Assembly (NCBI GenBank): GCA_013285705.1
Contig: JABDHA010000005.1
Location: 25,325-89,324 of the forward strand
DNA: 64,000 nucleotides
Direction of reading: 5' to 3'
Source of the DNA: Acidobacteriota bacterium
GTDB lineage: Bacteria > Acidobacteriota > Terriglobia > Terriglobales > Acidobacteriaceae
Below, in pieces: positions 36,033-46,848 of this stretch (position 1 is the first letter of the stretch; each line of letters opens with the position of its first letter). Position numbers and translations under genes: made by a program. The notes beneath the pieces were generated by a model. It was given only the letters and a program-made list of their open reading frames with translations. It ran no database searches and was not told where the DNA came from.

Positions 36033-36075
36033 CCATCTGCCTCTATACATACATATACTAGCATACATAACAAGC

Positions 36076-36110
36076 ATAAAAGAAAACGGCAGGCATTCAG
36101 CCTGCCGTTT
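36076..36110 (-). terminator. recA rho-independent terminator
   Basis: Stem AAACGGCAGGC-attca-GCCTGCCGTTT, followed on the minus strand by TCTTTT. Confidence 0.8.
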
Positions 36111-36129
36111 CGAGGGTGTTTTGGCGGTT

Positions 36130-37206
<1,077 letters not shown>

Positions 37207-37336
37207 GATACTTCTCCAGTTCTAGGGCGCAATTTGCGCCGGAAATGCGTTCTTTTCTTGTAAAAATGTACGAATTTGAGGCGATTCTAACATCAATTCT
37301 CAAAAGGCGAAGAAAAACCAAAAACTATAGTAACGT

Positions 37337-38893
37337 TTATCGCTTGAGCAAGTCCACTGGCTCATTCACATCTGTCACGCGAAAATGCTCTGCCAGCGCC
37401 GGGTGCTGCTTTCTGACAGCTTCGTACATCTCCCACGCGACGCGGCGATAGGAGAAATGGCCCTGCGGTTGCGAGCGCAGCTCGGAGATGTAGAGGGCTT
37501 CGGCGAAGTCCATTTTGAAGAGGGCGCGCATGCGCGTGCCCAGCGGCAGGATGTAGTCCGCGGACTCTGTGCTCAGCTTCGTGTGGGCGCCGTGCGCGGC
37601 CTGGATCGCGGCCTCGTACTGCGGCTGCAGCCCCGCTTCGGCCACACCTTCCGGGATGTCATATCCGTGGGCTGTCGTATATCCCTGCAGCACCTGCACG
37701 CAGCGGCGATGGCGGTGCATGTCGCGGAAGCCACCGATATCCATGAGGATGTCGAAGCGAAGAGTCTGCCCGGCAGAGAATGCGCGCAGCAGCTCATCAT
37801 GTTTGCCGCGATGGCGGGTGCCTAACGCGATGATTTCGTTGATACGGGCTTCGGTCAGGGCTGCGACACGGTCCCGAAGCTGCCGATAGGGGTAGTGGCA
37901 GGCTCCGTAGAGCAGCGTCGCAGCGATTTCGACTTCGAGGGATTCTTTGCGCTCGACCAGATCAACGACTGGAGCCGGGTCGATCGCCTCACTCCGCATC
38001 AGCTCGCCAGCAACCTGCACCAACTCGCGCCGCGTGGCGATCTCATATTCATTCGGCGAAGCGTATTTCACCAGCGTGGGCGCTGTTTTGACTTCGCGGA
38101 TGAGCACGGCTTCGGCTCTTTCACCCAGGCCGGGACTGACGGCAGCGATTTCACGCTGCAGACTGGCCAGCTCTTCCGCGTGGACGTTCCAGGCTGGTCC
38201 AGTGGCAGCAGCACGCAAACGCTCACCCAGTTGGCGGATTTCCCCATACGGGCTCGACAACAGGCGCGACACCTGCGTTTCCAGTGTGCGCGCGTTGACG
38301 ATCTGGCCGAGCGAGGTGTTGGTCGCAAGCGGCAGCAGGTAGCGGGCTACGTCGAAAGCACGAGCCTTCAGCGTGCGGTCGTAGCTCTCCTGCTTCATCT
38401 CGGCTGGCCTGACAATCTGCTTCTTCAAGGACTCGAACATCCCCTCGACGAGCTCGTGGTAGGCAGTAAACAATCCCTCAACAGACTCGCGGTAGAGTTG
38501 AGCAGCGCCGTGGTCGGTCCCGAAATCGGGCATGTACCAGCCGCTTTTCTTGAAATTCTGGTACCGTGTAGAGCGCTCCTGGCCATCCCAGCGCTGCTCG
38601 TCGACAAGCGAGATGGCCGCCAGCAGCGAGAGCCGCTCGATGGCAAACGCAATATGCGCTAAATCGGCAATCGAGCGATGGCCATATTGGAAATAGAATG
38701 TGTTGAGAAACTGTTCGGCGCGCTGACTGCTGATTTCCTTGAGGGACTCCTTCATCGACAGCGCCGAGCGCGAATATTTGGCCATGGCGTAGGCCAGCAC
38801 TTCAGGGTCTGCGCCGTGCACGGCAAAGACTTCTGTCTGGTTTTGAGGCTCGGCTGGGGTGACTGTGACGGGTTCAGCAACGGATTCAGGCAT
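37337..38893 (-). CDS. thyX: Tandem-domain FAD-dependent thymidylate synthase (ThyX-like)
   Basis: YGHRSIAD, QERSTRY, ARYLLPLAT, then a second repeat with FRDMHRHR..YILPLG..ELRS. About twice the length of a canonical ThyX. Confidence 0.8.
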   Translation of the reverse strand: MPESVAEPVTVTPAEPQNQTEVFAVHGADPEVLAYAMAKYSRSALSMKESLKEISSQRAEQFLNTFYFQYGHRSIADLAHIAFAIERLSLLAAISLVDEQRWDGQERSTRYQNFKKSGWYMPDFGTDHGAAQLYRESVEGLFTAYHELVEGMFESLKKQIVRPAEMKQESYDRTLKARAFDVARYLLPLATNTSLGQIVNARTLETQVSRLLSSPYGEIRQLGERLRAAATGPAWNVHAEELASLQREIAAVSPGLGERAEAVLIREVKTAPTLVKYASPNEYEIATRRELVQVAGELMRSEAIDPAPVVDLVERKESLEVEIAATLLYGACHYPYRQLRDRVAALTEARINEIIALGTRHRGKHDELLRAFSAGQTLRFDILMDIGGFRDMHRHRRCVQVLQGYTTAHGYDIPEGVAEAGLQPQYEAAIQAAHGAHTKLSTESADYILPLGTRMRALFKMDFAEALYISELRSQPQGHFSYRRVAWEMYEAVRKQHPALAEHFRVTDVNEPVDLLKR

Positions 38894-39014
38894 ATTGGCC
38901 ACCAGAATACGGCATTTGCCTCTGGAAGAGAGGTCCCAAACTCTCGGCGTTACCAACGTGTTGCAACTACAAAGGGTTGCCGCTCGTCCCATCTCTCAGC
39001 ATCGCGCCAACGAC

Positions 39015-39812
39015 ATGAAGGACATTCTTTCTGAGACCGGTCACCGGCCCTGGCCGCTGCCTCGCTCCGCATGGACGATGACGCAGCGCTGGAACGATCT
39101 GCTGTTCGCGCACTGGCCGGTGCCGGCAGGCGAGATCGCCTCGCTGCTGCCGCCTGGACTGGTGGCGGATACCTTCGACGGCTCAGCGTGGGTGGGCGTC
39201 GTTCCCTTCTGGATGGATCGCATCCGGCTGCGCGGCATGCCGCTGATTCCTGGAGCAAACCATTTCCCCGAATTGAACCTGCGGACCTACGTGCGCGAAC
39301 GCAACTCAAATATGGCGGGCGTGTATTTTTTTTCGCTTGATGCCGCGAACCCGGCAGCGGTAGCCGTGGCGCGAACATTTTTCAAGCTGCCCTATTACTG
39401 GGCGCACATGAGCATCCATTCAAAAGACCAGCGTGAGTTCCAATATCAGAGCACGCGCCTGCTCACGCTCGACCAGGTGCGTTTCCGCGCGAAATACAAG
39501 AGCCTGGGCCAGCCGAGCGCAAAGGGCGGCATCGAGCAATTCCTTACGGAACGCTACTGCCTCTACACCACCGACAAACGCGGCACCATCTTTCGCGGCA
39601 ACATCCATCACATGCCGTGGCCGCTCGAAATGGCCGAGGCCGAGATCGAAATCAACGAACTGCCAAAGGCGCACGGCATCCGTCTGCCCGATACGCCTCC
39701 ACTGCTGCACTACGCGCGCGAGCTGGTGGTCTATATCTGGCAGCTGGAATTGCTGCCTGCCATGGCCAAGCATGCGGCTGGTGCTCCGCTGCCGGTTCCG
39801 AAACCTCTATAA
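39015..39812 (+). CDS. YqjF/DUF2071 family protein
   Basis: HRPWPLP, MTQRWNDLLFAHWPV, FPELNLRTYV, GVYFFSLDA and FLTERYCLY. Confidence 0.92.
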   Translation: MKDILSETGHRPWPLPRSAWTMTQRWNDLLFAHWPVPAGEIASLLPPGLVADTFDGSAWVGVVPFWMDRIRLRGMPLIPGANHFPELNLRTYVRERNSNMAGVYFFSLDAANPAAVAVARTFFKLPYYWAHMSIHSKDQREFQYQSTRLLTLDQVRFRAKYKSLGQPSAKGGIEQFLTERYCLYTTDKRGTIFRGNIHHMPWPLEMAEAEIEINELPKAHGIRLPDTPPLLHYARELVVYIWQLELLPAMAKHAAGAPLPVPKPL

Positions 39813-39850
39813 TTTTCATTGCTATTTCATTAGGAAAGTTGAGAACCGCA

Positions 39851-40594
39851 GTGTCGTCACTTGAAGGAAGAATCGCGCTCGTTACCGGAGCATCCCAGGG
39901 AATTGGCCGCGCTTGCGCCATCGCGCTTGCCCGCGCCGGAGCCAGCGTCGCTGTTGCCGCGCGCAACGAAGCCAAGCTGCAGGACGTGGTCAACGAGATC
40001 GCGGGAAACGGCTGCAACGCCAAAGCATTTGCTCTCGACGTAGCCAGTGAGGAATCGATCAAGACGACGGCGAAAGCCATCCTCGAGCACTTCGGCAGCG
40101 TGCATATTCTCGTCAACAACGCCGGCATTACGCGCGACACGCTGCTGCTGCGGATGAAGCGCACCGACTGGGACGACGTGATGACCACCAACCTGACCGG
40201 AACGTTTCTGCTGACGCAGGCGCTCGTCGGCTCCATGATGAAGGCGCGCTGGGGCCGCATCATCAACATTTCAAGTGTCGTAGGCGAAACAGGACAGGCG
40301 GGACAGGCGAACTACGCGGCCAGCAAGGCCGGACTGATCGGCTTCACCAAATCGGTGGCGCGCGAGCTGGCGTCACGCAATATCACGTCGAACGCAGTGG
40401 CTCCGGGATTTGTAGAAACCGCCATGACCGGCGTGCTCGACGGCAAGCAACGTGCCGCGATGATGTCCATCATTCCGCTGAGCCGCGCCGGCACAGAGGA
40501 GGATGTCGCCAACGCCGTGCGCTTTCTTGCATCCGACGAAGCGTCCTACATTACCGGCCACGTGCTCGACGTAAACGGCGGCATGTACATGTGA
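39851..40594 (+). CDS. fabG: 3-oxoacyl-ACP reductase
   Basis: TGASQGIG, NNAGITRD, GQANYAASK and NGGMYM. Confidence 0.93.
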   Translation: MSSLEGRIALVTGASQGIGRACAIALARAGASVAVAARNEAKLQDVVNEIAGNGCNAKAFALDVASEESIKTTAKAILEHFGSVHILVNNAGITRDTLLLRMKRTDWDDVMTTNLTGTFLLTQALVGSMMKARWGRIINISSVVGETGQAGQANYAASKAGLIGFTKSVARELASRNITSNAVAPGFVETAMTGVLDGKQRAAMMSIIPLSRAGTEEDVANAVRFLASDEASYITGHVLDVNGGMYM

Positions 40595-40816
40595 ACTCGC
40601 CGTTTAGGCGTACGCGCCTTCGGCGCCATTCGTGCCTTGTTTGATCGGGTGCGGGCGCCGTTGGCGCCTTCTGTATTCTGGCCTCCTGCATTCCAGGCCT
40701 TGAGGGTGTCGATGACTCGTGCCGAATATCCCGTTGAGGCGGTGTAACGGCTAGAGTCTTTCCTGCGACGAATGTGCGAACATGCTTGCGCACCATCCAA
40801 GCGAGGTCGAACGCCC

Positions 40817-41584
40817 ATGAATATCCGCAGTCTTCTTCTCGTTGGAATCGCGGCAGGCGCGCAACTTGCCGCCGTGGCACAGAGCGCCCCGGATAGCACC
40901 GCCTCAAAACCAGCTGTGGTTGCCGAGCTGTTTACCTCCGAAGGATGCTCCAGCTGCCCGCCGGCGGACGCCATACTAGCCGAGATCGACCAGCACAAGA
41001 CCTTCAACGGCGTGCCCGTCATCGTTCTGAGCGAGCATGTCGATTATTGGGATCACGATGGATGGCGCGATCCGTTTTCCTCCGAGATCTGGACTCAGCG
41101 GCAGAATTTCTACAACCTGCATTTCCGCCTGGACAACATCTACACTCCGCAGATGGTGGTCGATGGCACACAACAGGTAAACGGCAGCATCGGCCCGCAG
41201 GTGGCGCATGCCATTGAGACCGCCGCGGCGGCGCAGGGCAAGATCGCAATCGCCGTGACCCAGGCCTCCTGGGATGGCGACGTATTGCATGCCACGATTT
41301 CTGTCGCCGACCTGGGCTCGGCCAAGGGCGCGAACCTGTACGCGGTACTCGCCGACGATGAGGATACATCAAGTGTCGAGCGCGGAGAGAATGCGGGGCA
41401 TACGCTGAAAAATGTCTCAGTCGTGCGGGTGCTGCAGAAGGTCGGGAGCCTGCACGGACCGTATTCAGGCGATGTACAGGTAAAGCTGCCGCACGGCGTG
41501 TCCCATACCAAAATGCGGCTGATCGTCTTTGCGCAGAAGGGCGAAAACGGCCAGATCTTCGGCGCAACACAACGCGAGGTGTAA
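40817..41584 (+). CDS. DUF1223 secreted thioredoxin-like protein
   Basis: ELFTSEGCSSCPPAD, HVDYWD and YTPQMVVDG. Confidence 0.92.
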   Translation: MNIRSLLLVGIAAGAQLAAVAQSAPDSTASKPAVVAELFTSEGCSSCPPADAILAEIDQHKTFNGVPVIVLSEHVDYWDHDGWRDPFSSEIWTQRQNFYNLHFRLDNIYTPQMVVDGTQQVNGSIGPQVAHAIETAAAAQGKIAIAVTQASWDGDVLHATISVADLGSAKGANLYAVLADDEDTSSVERGENAGHTLKNVSVVRVLQKVGSLHGPYSGDVQVKLPHGVSHTKMRLIVFAQKGENGQIFGATQREV

Positions 41585-41599
41585 CATCGCCGATGCAGC

Positions 41600-43249
41600 T
41601 TAGCGCAACGTTTTCATCCAGATGGCAATCGTAGTAATCACATCCGGTGACACATGCCCCGGCTGAAGATATTCATCGCCTGTCGATTCACCCGCAACCG
41701 GCATGAACAAATGATTCAGCCCGTCGAACTGCTCGCCCACGCTGCCCGGCGCAGTATTGGCTTCCTCCAGACGCTTGAAGTCTTTTTCGCTGACCTGAAT
41801 ATCGTTGAATCCGTGCAGGACGAGCGCAGGCAGTCCGAGCTTCGCCAGCCCTGCCGCCGGATCCTGTGCAAGCCATGAGCGCCAGTATCCGGCTGGCGCC
41901 TGCAACGCTCCCACGCCAAGGACTCGATCGGCTGGCGTATTTGTATCTTTTGCGGTTGCAAATACATCCTGCCACTGTTTCTGCACCTGCTCGATCGCAG
42001 ATGGTGACGCGTCGTGACGCTTTGCCTGAAACGTCATCTGGCGCTCGATGGTTTCATCGACGCTGACGGCACCGGCCGCCATGAAGATGATGCCGCGCAG
42101 CGATCCATGATTGCCGGCGAGAAAATCCGACGCAATGACAGGAGCCATGGTGCCGCCAAGGCTGTGTCCCAGTAGAAAGATTCTGCTCCGGTCAATTTCC
42201 GGCAGCGCCGACACAAATTGCAGCGCGGCCACTGCGTCCAGCGTCACCTCATGATCGAGGTCAGGATGCGTCTGAAAGGTCTGCGGCGCGAAATGCGTAC
42301 GCTTGTCATAGCGCAGGCTGGCAATGCCCGCAGCCGCTAATCCCATAGCCAGATCGCGGAATGGCTTGTTGGGGCCGACGGTTTCGTCGGCGTCATGCGG
42401 TCCTGATCCCTGCACGAGCACAACCACCGGCACCGGAGCCTGACGGTTTTTAGGCAGCGCCAGAAGCGCAGGAAATTTCAACCCGTCGCTGGTGAACGAA
42501 ACGCTGCGCTCTTCGACGTCGCCAGAAGCCGGCATCTTCTGTGTTTCTGTTACTGCCCGCTCGAAGGCATTTCTCCTGTAAGCGAGGCTCTGCTCCGGGA
42601 CATCGAACTCCATCAGTCGATTCTGGGTGTCGGCCCATATCTCTGTACTGACCCCGCTGATCTCCATTTGCCAATGCTTCAGCACCAGCTTCGCTTTGTT
42701 GAGCGTGCCTGCACCTGCATCTGCAGCAGCGAGCTTCACCGGCAGATAGACGCCTTTCCCCTGCGCAAGGAGTGCCCAGTAATTGCCGTCCGGAGCGGGA
42801 TGCGATGTGGCCAGCCAGACCAGATGCTGCACGCCGCTGGGGTCGAAATTGTTGAGCACCACGGTGCCGGGATGCAGATCCTTGGTCTCCTCGATATTCT
42901 GCACGCTGCTCTTCAGTTTGTAGTTGAACTTATTGCTGCCTGCGTCGAAGGTGACAAAGACATCTTCATCGGTGCCGCTGGCATTTACAGCCAGCGAATC
43001 TTTGAGCAGCCCATATTGCGCATCGAGATCGGCCTCGCGGGAACACTTCACGGCCACTCCTTTGGATGTGAAGGAGTAGCTGGCCTGAAGATGAAAGCCC
43101 TGGCTCGCCGGTGTCAGGCTATAGTCGGCATTCCCGACAGGCTGCCCGGCAACTTCCAGCGAAAATTGAGCGGATCCGGAAGCCCCGCTCTGCGCCATAG
43201 CCCAGCCTGCAGATGCGATGACCACCCAAGCGAACTGCGCAACGCGCAT
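41600..43249 (-). CDS. Secreted alpha/beta hydrolase with an N-terminal beta-rich domain
   Basis: GSGPHDAD, LRYDKR, GHSLGG, DIQV and LNHLF. Confidence 0.9.
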   Translation of the reverse strand: MRVAQFAWVVIASAGWAMAQSGASGSAQFSLEVAGQPVGNADYSLTPASQGFHLQASYSFTSKGVAVKCSREADLDAQYGLLKDSLAVNASGTDEDVFVTFDAGSNKFNYKLKSSVQNIEETKDLHPGTVVLNNFDPSGVQHLVWLATSHPAPDGNYWALLAQGKGVYLPVKLAAADAGAGTLNKAKLVLKHWQMEISGVSTEIWADTQNRLMEFDVPEQSLAYRRNAFERAVTETQKMPASGDVEERSVSFTSDGLKFPALLALPKNRQAPVPVVVLVQGSGPHDADETVGPNKPFRDLAMGLAAAGIASLRYDKRTHFAPQTFQTHPDLDHEVTLDAVAALQFVSALPEIDRSRIFLLGHSLGGTMAPVIASDFLAGNHGSLRGIIFMAAGAVSVDETIERQMTFQAKRHDASPSAIEQVQKQWQDVFATAKDTNTPADRVLGVGALQAPAGYWRSWLAQDPAAGLAKLGLPALVLHGFNDIQVSEKDFKRLEEANTAPGSVGEQFDGLNHLFMPVAGESTGDEYLQPGHVSPDVITTIAIWMKTLR

Positions 43250-43437
43250 GAATCCATTTCCTCATGCCGCTGACTGAACTTCTTACACAGCTGGCCGGCT
43301 TGAAATGCGGTGTGAGAACTGGAAGTACGTGCCCAAGGCAACAGAATAACCAATGCGCCAAGTCTAACCGCTTCGCACGCCCAGCGCGAAGAAGAAAACC
43401 GACCCGGTGTTCTCCCTGCAAAAAAAGACAATGGCCT

Positions 43438-44310
43438 CTATGGCTTTGCCTTGCGGCGCTTCGCGAGTTCGGCGTTCAGCTCGGCGCCGATGATGATCGC
43501 CAGCGAGCTGATGTAGAGCCACAGCATCAGGCCGATAACGGCGCCGAGCGAGCCATAGGTCTTGTTGTAATTCGAGAGGTGGTCGAGATAGAAGCTCAGT
43601 CCGAACGAACCAAGGAACCACACGCCGACGGCGACGGTTGCTCCGGGTAACGTGGACCAGAAGCTGTGGCGTGCATGCGGACCGAGGTAATACATCCATT
43701 CCAGCCCAGCCACGAAGGTAGCGATGGTGATGATCCAGCGCAACATCGGCCAGATGCGGTCAAATGATTCCGGCACAGGGAAAAACACTCTCAGAAAATG
43801 GCCGAAATGCGGGCCGACAAGGAGGGTAAGCAAGGAAACAGTGATGAGCGCACCTACAGTAAATGTCATCAGAAAGGCCTGTAGCCGATCGCGCCACCAG
43901 GGCCGGCAATCCGTTACGTCATAGGCAATTTCGAGCGCTTCGATCAGCGCAGAGAACCCTCCGGTCGCGGCCCACAGATAGCTTAGGATTCCGAAGGAAA
44001 TGAGTTTTGTATGCCCCGGCTCGAGCACGCTGAGGGTTACGCTCATGATCATGCGCATCGAGTCTGGCGGAATGAGCACAGCGATCAGCCCCAGCATCTG
44101 CGCTACCAGATTGTTCAGGGGCAAAAACCTCAGGATAGATGCGAAGACAATCAATAACGGCACAAGCGAGAGCAGAAAATAGAACGCCAGCCCTGCGGAG
44201 ATGGTGAACGCACGTGTGCGCCACAACTCGCGGTAGACAACAAGAGAGATGTGGCCTGCCGCCCGACAGGAGCGTTCGACCTCGCTCTTCAGCCTGTCTG
44301 TCTCAATCAC
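43438..44310 (-). CDS. YihY/virulence factor BrkB family membrane protein
   Basis: AGLAFYFLLSLVP and YNKTYGSLGAVIGLMLWLY..GAELNAE. Confidence 0.93.
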   Translation of the reverse strand: MIETDRLKSEVERSCRAAGHISLVVYRELWRTRAFTISAGLAFYFLLSLVPLLIVFASILRFLPLNNLVAQMLGLIAVLIPPDSMRMIMSVTLSVLEPGHTKLISFGILSYLWAATGGFSALIEALEIAYDVTDCRPWWRDRLQAFLMTFTVGALITVSLLTLLVGPHFGHFLRVFFPVPESFDRIWPMLRWIITIATFVAGLEWMYYLGPHARHSFWSTLPGATVAVGVWFLGSFGLSFYLDHLSNYNKTYGSLGAVIGLMLWLYISSLAIIIGAELNAELAKRRKAKP

Positions 44311-44447
44311 ATGCGCATCCCATTTGTTCCGATGAACATTTTCGCCGATGTGGATCTGTCAGGAGCTTGCCATCTTTAAGGATGGCAGTGCAATATCCAG
44401 GCATTGTTTCATTTTTTTTTTGACACTTTCCTGATGGGGTTTCCAAA

Positions 44448-45188
44448 ATGAAGCGTTTTTTCCTGCTTGTCCTTTTATTGGCCAGCGTATCCAGCTTTGC
44501 GGCCACGCCACAACCGGTTACCTTCACCAGCGGCTCAGACTCAGCCTCAGGTTTACTTTACCTGCCCAGCGGCGCGGGACCGCATCCGGCAATCGTGGTA
44601 ATTCAGGAGTGGTGGGGCGTGAATGACTGGATTAAGGAGCAGGCCAGCCGTTTTGCTGACGAGGGCTATGTGGCGCTGGCCGTCGATCTGTATCGCGGCC
44701 AGGTGGCTGCCGATGCCGAGATGGCGCATGAGCTCTCGCGCGGCCTGCCTCAGGACCGCGGCGTACGGGATCTGGTCTCGTCCGTGCAGTTCCTTTCCAA
44801 GCGCAGCGACGTAGATCGCGCGCGGATCGGTGCAGTGGGCTGGTGCATGGGCGGAGGCTATGCCGCGCAGCTTGCCGTAGCGGAGCCAGGCTTGAAGGCA
44901 GTAGTCATCAATTACGGAGCGCTTCCCACTGATAAAACAGCACTTAGCAATATTCACGCGGCGGTTCTGGGAAATTTTGGCGGTTTGGACCACGGAATCA
45001 CGCCCGCCTCGGTAAACGCCTTCGCCGACTCCATGAAAGGCCTGGGCAAGCCAGTGGACGTGAAGATCTACCCCGACGCCGGACACGCCTTCGAAAACCC
45101 AAACAACACCCAGGGCTATAAGCCGGAAGATGCCAAAGACGCGCAGCAGCGCATCCAGACATTCTTTGCCCAAACGTTGAAGCCATAA
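44448..45188 (+). CDS. Dienelactone hydrolase family protein (secreted)
   Basis: QEWWG, GWCMGG and AGHAF. Confidence 0.93.
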   Translation: MKRFFLLVLLLASVSSFAATPQPVTFTSGSDSASGLLYLPSGAGPHPAIVVIQEWWGVNDWIKEQASRFADEGYVALAVDLYRGQVAADAEMAHELSRGLPQDRGVRDLVSSVQFLSKRSDVDRARIGAVGWCMGGGYAAQLAVAEPGLKAVVINYGALPTDKTALSNIHAAVLGNFGGLDHGITPASVNAFADSMKGLGKPVDVKIYPDAGHAFENPNNTQGYKPEDAKDAQQRIQTFFAQTLKP

Positions 45189-45373
45189 GGCCTAACCTTC
45201 TGAAATCCATAGGCACAGAGGAACTCTCTGTGATTCCTGAGGGCGGTAACTATTACGAAATAAATAAAAAAGTGCTTGCTTCGCCCTTTACCGACATGTT
45301 AACTATGCAGCCAATACCATAACAAACCACCTTTTGAAATTCAGAAAAGGGGAAGTGGACATAGGCCACAAAT

Positions 45374-45721
45374 ATGAAAATTGGGATAACGATTAGGGGT
45401 TATCGGTTGCAAAAAGGGTTGTCGCAGGGTGATATCGAAAAGCGCACCGGCCTGCTGCGCTGTTACCTGTCAAGAGTGGAAAACGGTCACACCGTTCCCT
45501 CCCTTGACACTCTTTCTAAAATCGCAAGTGCGTTGGATTTACCGCTCTCACAATTTTTCGCCGAGGATACTCTCGGCCGGGAACTGAATACGCATAAGCT
45601 CACAGATGACGAGCTTCGCTTCCTGACACAGATCCGCCGCTATTCTTCCAACCTGAACGACAGCGACCGCAAGTTGCTGCTCGCCATGGTGAAGAAGTTT
45701 GCGACGGCGGCTGTTCGCTGA
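45374..45721 (+). CDS. XRE/Cro-C1 HTH transcriptional regulator
   Basis: GLSQGDIEKRTGLLRCYLSRVENGHTVPSLDTL. Confidence 0.92.
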   Translation: MKIGITIRGYRLQKGLSQGDIEKRTGLLRCYLSRVENGHTVPSLDTLSKIASALDLPLSQFFAEDTLGRELNTHKLTDDELRFLTQIRRYSSNLNDSDRKLLLAMVKKFATAAVR

Positions 45722-45765
45722 AGCCAATCTGGGCAGGTTTCCCCGCACGCCCGGTTTAGAGCACT

Positions 45766-45800
45766 AAAAAGCCCCGGTGCAGGAGCATGCGCTGGGGCTC
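45766..45800. terminator. Hairpin between convergent XRE and rhomboid genes
   Basis: AAAAA-GCCCCGGTGCA-ggagca-TGCGCTGGGGC, a stem with G-U pairs and a T-tract on the minus strand. Confidence 0.55.
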
Positions 45801-45829
45801 TGTCTTATCGTGTTGAGGCCTGAAGCTGC

Positions 45830-46681
45830 CTATCGTCCACCCATGTAAAACGAGTGGATGCCAAAGGCCACCAGCAGCAGCAGAAAGCTCATGCCGAGCA
45901 CGGCGAACCAGCGGCGGCGGATGAAGACCTCGCGGCGGGCGCCGATACGCGGGACTAAAGGCAGCGCGAAGGCCAGGCCGCTGAGGAAGCCGCCGAGGTG
46001 TGCCATGTTGTCAATCTGCAGCGATGTGCGCGCGATCCAGGTGCCTGCGCCGATCACGAAGTTCAGCACCGCAAACCAGATCACACTCTTGCGTAGACGC
46101 TGCACCTCGATCTGAGGCAGCGGCAGCAGAGGCGATTTGAGCAGCAGGATCAGCACCCCGGCCAGACCGAAGACCGCGCCCGAAGCTCCTGCGCCGACGA
46201 TGCCGCCCGATCCTCCAGGGACGCCGGGATGAACCGCCGTGCTCAGCAGATTGCCACCGATCCCCGTCAGCACATAAGCGGCGAGCATGCCAAAGGGCCC
46301 CAGCAACGGCTCGCCCAGCAAGCCAAGGTTCCACAGGCACCACATGTTCGTAGCCAGATGAATGATTCCGACATGCACAAAGGTCGCCGTAAGCAAACGC
46401 CACCAGTCGCCGAGAACGAGCACGTAGGGACCGTAATTGGCACCCGACGCCAGAAGCTGCTCTGGTGTTGGCGCAACCACTGAGATGCCGCTGAGAGTCA
46501 TCCAGAGAAAGACAAGGCAGTTGATGCCAACAAGGATGTACGTAGCCGGCGCATAAGCCCAGCGTGGACGCCTCTGCGGCTGCGGAGGCTGCGGCATCGG
46601 CTCAGGCGGCGGCTGATAGTAAGTGCGGCCGTCCTCTTCCCGTCCCTCGGGAGGCAGAATCTCGGGATCGACGCGTGTCAT
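45830..46681 (-). CDS. Rhomboid intramembrane serine protease
   Basis: WWRLLTATFVH, HLATNM, GASG and AHLGG. Confidence 0.95.
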   Translation of the reverse strand: MTRVDPEILPPEGREEDGRTYYQPPPEPMPQPPQPQRRPRWAYAPATYILVGINCLVFLWMTLSGISVVAPTPEQLLASGANYGPYVLVLGDWWRLLTATFVHVGIIHLATNMWCLWNLGLLGEPLLGPFGMLAAYVLTGIGGNLLSTAVHPGVPGGSGGIVGAGASGAVFGLAGVLILLLKSPLLPLPQIEVQRLRKSVIWFAVLNFVIGAGTWIARTSLQIDNMAHLGGFLSGLAFALPLVPRIGARREVFIRRRWFAVLGMSFLLLLVAFGIHSFYMGGR

Positions 46682-46848
46682 GCGAAAGGATTCGCCCCCG
46701 TTCTCTCCGTTTTTTGCCAGGTAAAGTCCATAATCTGCCTCACTCTACCTTATCCCACTTCCGGAGAATCTGCCTTTGTCGCATGAACCGAAGATCGCAT
46801 GCCTGCGTATAGCAAGCTGAGCGCAGAAGAAGTTTTGAGGCGCGATGC

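Noticed and set aside
40742-40772. GTAAC...CGAA ECF-type promoter upstream of DUF1223
   Set aside because: The spacing is longer than I expect for that consensus, so it is not supportable.
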